Positions 25,014-27,879 of a stretch of DNA of 27,879 nt are shown here, piece by piece (position 1 is the first letter of the stretch; the number at the start of each line of letters is the position of its first letter). The notes under the pieces were generated by a model that saw only the letters and a program-made list of their open reading frames with translations, was not told the DNA's origin and made no database searches. Origin of the DNA: a virus (lineage: Duplodnaviria; Heunggongvirae; Uroviricota; Caudoviricetes); IMG/VR virus record IMGVR_UViG_2648501730_000022, positions 1 through 27,879 of that record. One strand, 5' to 3'. The position numbers and the translations under genes are program-made.

Positions 25014-25037
25014 AAAAATAACCGCCCCGAAGGGCGG
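25014..25037 (-). terminator. Rho-independent terminator with UUCG tetraloop
   Basis: Minus-strand RNA CCGCCC-UUCG-GGGCGG followed by a U-rich run (UUAUUUUU). Confidence 0.6.
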
Positions 25038-25195
25038 GAGGATTAATACTCAATCTATACTTGTTATGTTTTTGTGTTGTATAGATCACTGACTATGAAA
25101 ACACTGTACTGGAGTGTGTTTTATGGCTTTTAATCGGGAATCCTCAAAGAAGATCCCCTGTTAATAACCATAAGGAGAAAAGGCAGATTACACTA

Positions 25196-25369
25196 TTATT
25201 TAGTATCCTTTTTACAGCAACTAAAAAGAATAAACAGGATTAAGCATACCCAGCCGTAAGGCGTACCGATTAGAAATTTGAAAAACACCACCAGCGATAT
25301 AAAAATCAATTTAATGCCAGCGACGATAGTCAAAAACAGCAGAGTAGCAAAGTAGACAAAAAGATCCAT
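25196..25369 (-). CDS. Small hydrophobic membrane peptide, two predicted TM segments (57 aa); not in the ORF track
   Basis: ATG with AGAGGA Shine-Dalgarno ~8 nt upstream; translation MDLFVYFATLLFLTIVAGIKLIFISLVVFFKFLIGTPYGWVCLILFILFSCCKKDTK. Confidence 0.4.
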   Translation of the reverse strand: MDLFVYFATLLFLTIVAGIKLIFISLVVFFKFLIGTPYGWVCLILFILFSCCKKDTK

Positions 25370-25422
25370 AGATAATCCTCTTTGAAAACGACCATCATCT
25401 ATAGTTCAATTCATCGATTTAA

Positions 25423-25524
25423 TTAATGATACTTGAAAGCGTTACACACAGTAGAAATGCCAATGTGAGCAAGTGAATATACGATAGTTAATCCTACAGC
25501 CAGATAAATCAAAAATTCAACCAT
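25423..25524 (-). CDS. Small hydrophobic peptide, one predicted TM segment (33 aa); not in the ORF track
   Basis: ATG with GAGGA Shine-Dalgarno upstream; translation MVEFLIYLAVGLTIVYSLAHIGISTVCNAFKYH. Confidence 0.3.
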   Translation of the reverse strand: MVEFLIYLAVGLTIVYSLAHIGISTVCNAFKYH

Positions 25525-25554
25525 AGGTAAATCCTCAAATAAGAAAAAGGTTAG

Positions 25555-25573
25555 CGGGGGATGTTCTCCCCCG
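25555..25573 (-). other. Hairpin CGGGGGA-TGTTC-TCCCCCG between the 184-aa gene and the peptide genes
   Basis: Same 7-bp stem as the hairpin at 7987-8005; followed on the minus strand by a U-rich tract. Confidence 0.5.
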
Positions 25574-25624
25574 TAGACGTTGACCAGCTCAACATCCTTC
25601 ACGTATATGTTTAGTATCTAATTT

Positions 25625-26179
25625 TTAAGACACATCAAATTCATCGTCTTCTTCTGGTTCTTGTTCCGGTTCATCCATTAATGCTAATTCTTCTTCCTCG
25701 TCTTCTCCCAAATCTGCATTTTCGAACAAGTCCCCTACTTCATTTAAACGACGTTCGATGATCTCCCTTAGCTTATTCTTCAATGTTTTCTGATCAGTGG
25801 CGGATTCTAAAATTTCTAGGGCATCGATCGTACAAATCTGCAAAATAGTCTGTTTCACTTTCCCGCAGTATTCCGCTAGTTCCTGTTCTACATAACCGAC
25901 AGGAATCAGGAGATTCATTTTTTCCTGGTTCTCTCGTTCGGCTGCATCTGCCAAAGCACGTTCACGGCGTAATTTCTCTACGTCGATTTGTTCTTTGATA
26001 GAAGTTTGTTTAAGCGGGTTGATAATATTTTTCAAGACCCATTCTGTTCCTTCTTTGGCTGGCACGCGGCGGGTATTGGTGTTAAATGGCAATCCCCTTT
26101 CTAACCATCGCTTACCGCCACCATTCAATGTATAGCCATATAAACGGGAAATTTCTGTAAGGGTTAATTCTTCTTTCAT
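25625..26179 (-). CDS. DNA-binding protein, possibly terminase small subunit (lambda Nu1-like), 184 aa
   Basis: N-terminal HTH-like LTLTEISRLYGY, then GGGKRWLERGLP and EKLRRERA, recalled as resembling Nu1 (181 aa); acidic C-terminal tail. Confidence 0.4.
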   Translation of the reverse strand: MKEELTLTEISRLYGYTLNGGGKRWLERGLPFNTNTRRVPAKEGTEWVLKNIINPLKQTSIKEQIDVEKLRRERALADAAERENQEKMNLLIPVGYVEQELAEYCGKVKQTILQICTIDALEILESATDQKTLKNKLREIIERRLNEVGDLFENADLGEDEEEELALMDEPEQEPEEDDEFDVS

Positions 26180-26537
26180 TGGTTATCCTCCATTAAATTT
26201 GCGTAATTTTATTTATTGGTTTTACGCACAATCTAAGCGCCTAAATCGCATTCTAACGAAGGGAAAGATCCAGTAATGGTAAGGGTTAGGAAGTGGGTTA
26301 ATAGTCGCGTAGCGACCGCGCCATAAGTGAAGTGATCACGTTTTAGAATCTCACACGCACATCAAATACCAGGGTGCCGAAAACTCCCTTTATTTCATCC
26401 ATGGAACAGTACCTTTTTAATTTGTCAAGTATTAATTTCTTAATTTAATTACTAAATCTCACCCCAATAATTGAAAAAATATCAAAAATCAATAAAGTAA
26501 GCATCTAAAAGTCAGTCCATACCAAAAGAGGTATAAA

Positions 26538-27305
26538 ATGAAAAACATTATCGCTGCTATCATGCTTTCTGCTACTGCTTTCGGTGCTGATGCTGCGTCC
26601 TTTGATTGCACTAAGGCTACTACCAAATCAGAGAAGTTTATTTGTGCTAATGAGTCAATCTCCGCACTGGATTCTAAACTTCATGAAGTATATGTTAAGG
26701 CTGTTAAGATTAATCCGTCTCTTAAACAAGAGCAACGTAACTGGAATAAAACTGTTCGTGACACAATGATCAATATCGGGCAGATTCAGCCACTGGAGGC
26801 TGTATACAACGCTCAAATCCAAAACTTGATGAATGTATTATCTAAAGAAGAAACCGCGTCAGGGAGCGTTTCAGAGACTTCTGCGAAGGTTGAAGAAGAA
26901 CAACCGAAACAGGAAGAAAAAGTGGTGGAAGAACCGAAGGTTGAAGATAAACCAAAAGGATTTACCGGAGACATGACATTGCAATGCGATGTTCACTATA
27001 GCTGGGAAATCCAAGACGGGGTAGAAACAAAAGCAGTTAAAGACATTGGCTATCCTCGTTATAACTCTGGTGAACTTAAACTTAAAGTAAAAGACGGGGA
27101 AATTATTGAATTTGTGTATCGTGATAATTATGACGCGCATAAAGCAAAGACAAAAACAGTGACGCATCAGAATGGCGCAATGCAATATGAAGGCCAAGTG
27201 GATAACAAAAAATATTATGTGTGGCGTGATAATCAAGATATGATTCGCTTAGAAGTACATAAAAAATATTCAAGAACATACATTGACCAGTACGGGTGCA
27301 AATAA
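26538..27305 (+). CDS. Secreted protein with LprI / DUF1311-like N-terminal domain (255 aa)
   Basis: Signal peptide MKNIIAAIMLSATAFGADA; then FDCTKATTKSEKFICANESISALDSKLHEVY...QRNWNK, the DUF1311 pattern; AGAGG Shine-Dalgarno before the ATG. Confidence 0.6.
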   Translation: MKNIIAAIMLSATAFGADAASFDCTKATTKSEKFICANESISALDSKLHEVYVKAVKINPSLKQEQRNWNKTVRDTMINIGQIQPLEAVYNAQIQNLMNVLSKEETASGSVSETSAKVEEEQPKQEEKVVEEPKVEDKPKGFTGDMTLQCDVHYSWEIQDGVETKAVKDIGYPRYNSGELKLKVKDGEIIEFVYRDNYDAHKAKTKTVTHQNGAMQYEGQVDNKKYYVWRDNQDMIRLEVHKKYSRTYIDQYGCK

Positions 27306-27528
27306 TTATGAAATTCAATAACATGAAGATCACAAAAGATTGGTGGGATGCGATGAAAGCTAACCACCAGAACGATATTAATTAAGTAACATTTTAGATA
27401 TACAGCACCCAGCTAACAGATCACCTTTTATGGATTTCATTATAACCCTTTTGATCTGGAAACTATGTTAATTAGTTGATTTCTAAGCCTTGTCCTTGTG
27501 ATGGGGCTTTTTATTGCAAAATTTTTAG

Positions 27529-27879
27529 TTATTTGGGGTTGACTACATTCGGGTTGCCAATTCGCCTGGCTAACTCTTGCTGAGTGATTTCTGACTGTAA
27601 AAAAGCATTTAACAGCAATACCTTAGAGGCGACGCTCAAAGGTACTTCAATAAAATGATCGTGACTATTTAATGGCGAAGGTAACGGGATAAGCTCGTTA
27701 TCTTCAAAATAAAAATCAAATGCGGTCAGTAAAGCATCTTTTGCCGCTTCCATCGCTTCAGCGACAGTTTCGCCCTGGGTCAACGCTTCAGGGATATCCA
27801 CAAAAGAAACCATATAACCGCCTTCCGGCGCGGGTGTAAGAGTGACGGGATAACGCATAATTTCGACTGTCTCTCGCAT
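27529..27879 (-). CDS. hicB: HicB antitoxin N-terminal domain with C-terminal HTH truncated; probable host gene interrupted at the prophage junction
   Basis: MRETVEIMRYPVTLTPAPEGGYMVSFVDIPEALTQGETVAEAMEAAKDAL... is a HicB N-terminal domain and matches my recollection of E. coli HicB. The ORF stops at ...QQELARRIG-NPNVVNPK*, inside the first helix of the expected Xre-type HTH. The ATG is at the window edge. Confidence 0.65.
   Translation of the reverse strand: MRETVEIMRYPVTLTPAPEGGYMVSFVDIPEALTQGETVAEAMEAAKDALLTAFDFYFEDNELIPLPSPLNSHDHFIEVPLSVASKVLLLNAFLQSEITQQELARRIGNPNVVNPK

Noticed and set aside
25196-25524. Holin/antiholin lysis cassette
   Set aside because: No endolysin or spanin-like gene adjacent and the location is outside any lysis-module context; kept as membrane peptides of unknown function.
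27308-27385. 25-codon plus-strand ORF (MKFNNMKITKDWWDAMKANHQNDIN)
   Set aside because: Too short, no convincing Shine-Dalgarno, no supporting features.
26180-27528. Integrase or excisionase next to the junction
   Set aside because: No ORF of suitable size or with tyrosine/serine recombinase motifs exists in this interval on either strand.

Overview
The window reads as a temperate siphovirus-type prophage segment ending at a host junction. Positions 1-19371 are a single minus-strand late morphogenesis operon with lambda-like head genes: large terminase (GpA-like), gpW-like protein, portal, a fused prohead-protease/scaffold/major-capsid gene, connector proteins, a long side-tail-fibre gene with a C-terminal self-cleaving chaperone domain, tail tube, G/GT-type chaperones, tape measure and tail-tip proteins. 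Positions 19372-27528 are an accessory/regulatory block: small HTH paralogs, a Rha-family regulator, a 1.3 kb AT-rich intergenic region with an iteron-like array and a candidate small RNA, a strongly codon-optimised acidic protein, two tiny membrane peptides, a Nu1-like DNA-binding protein and a secreted LprI/DUF1311-like protein. Positions 27529-27879 encode a HicB antitoxin N-terminal domain whose C-terminal HTH is cut off, which I read as the host/prophage junction. The most unusual signal is that the capsid and tail-tube genes, alone among the 17 late-operon genes (the other 15 end in TAA), end in TGA followed by homologous in-frame ~40-codon extensions, suggesting programmed stop-codon readthrough. 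No tRNA, rRNA, CRISPR array or integrase was found. All calls are from reading the sequence and ORF track; no database search was run.
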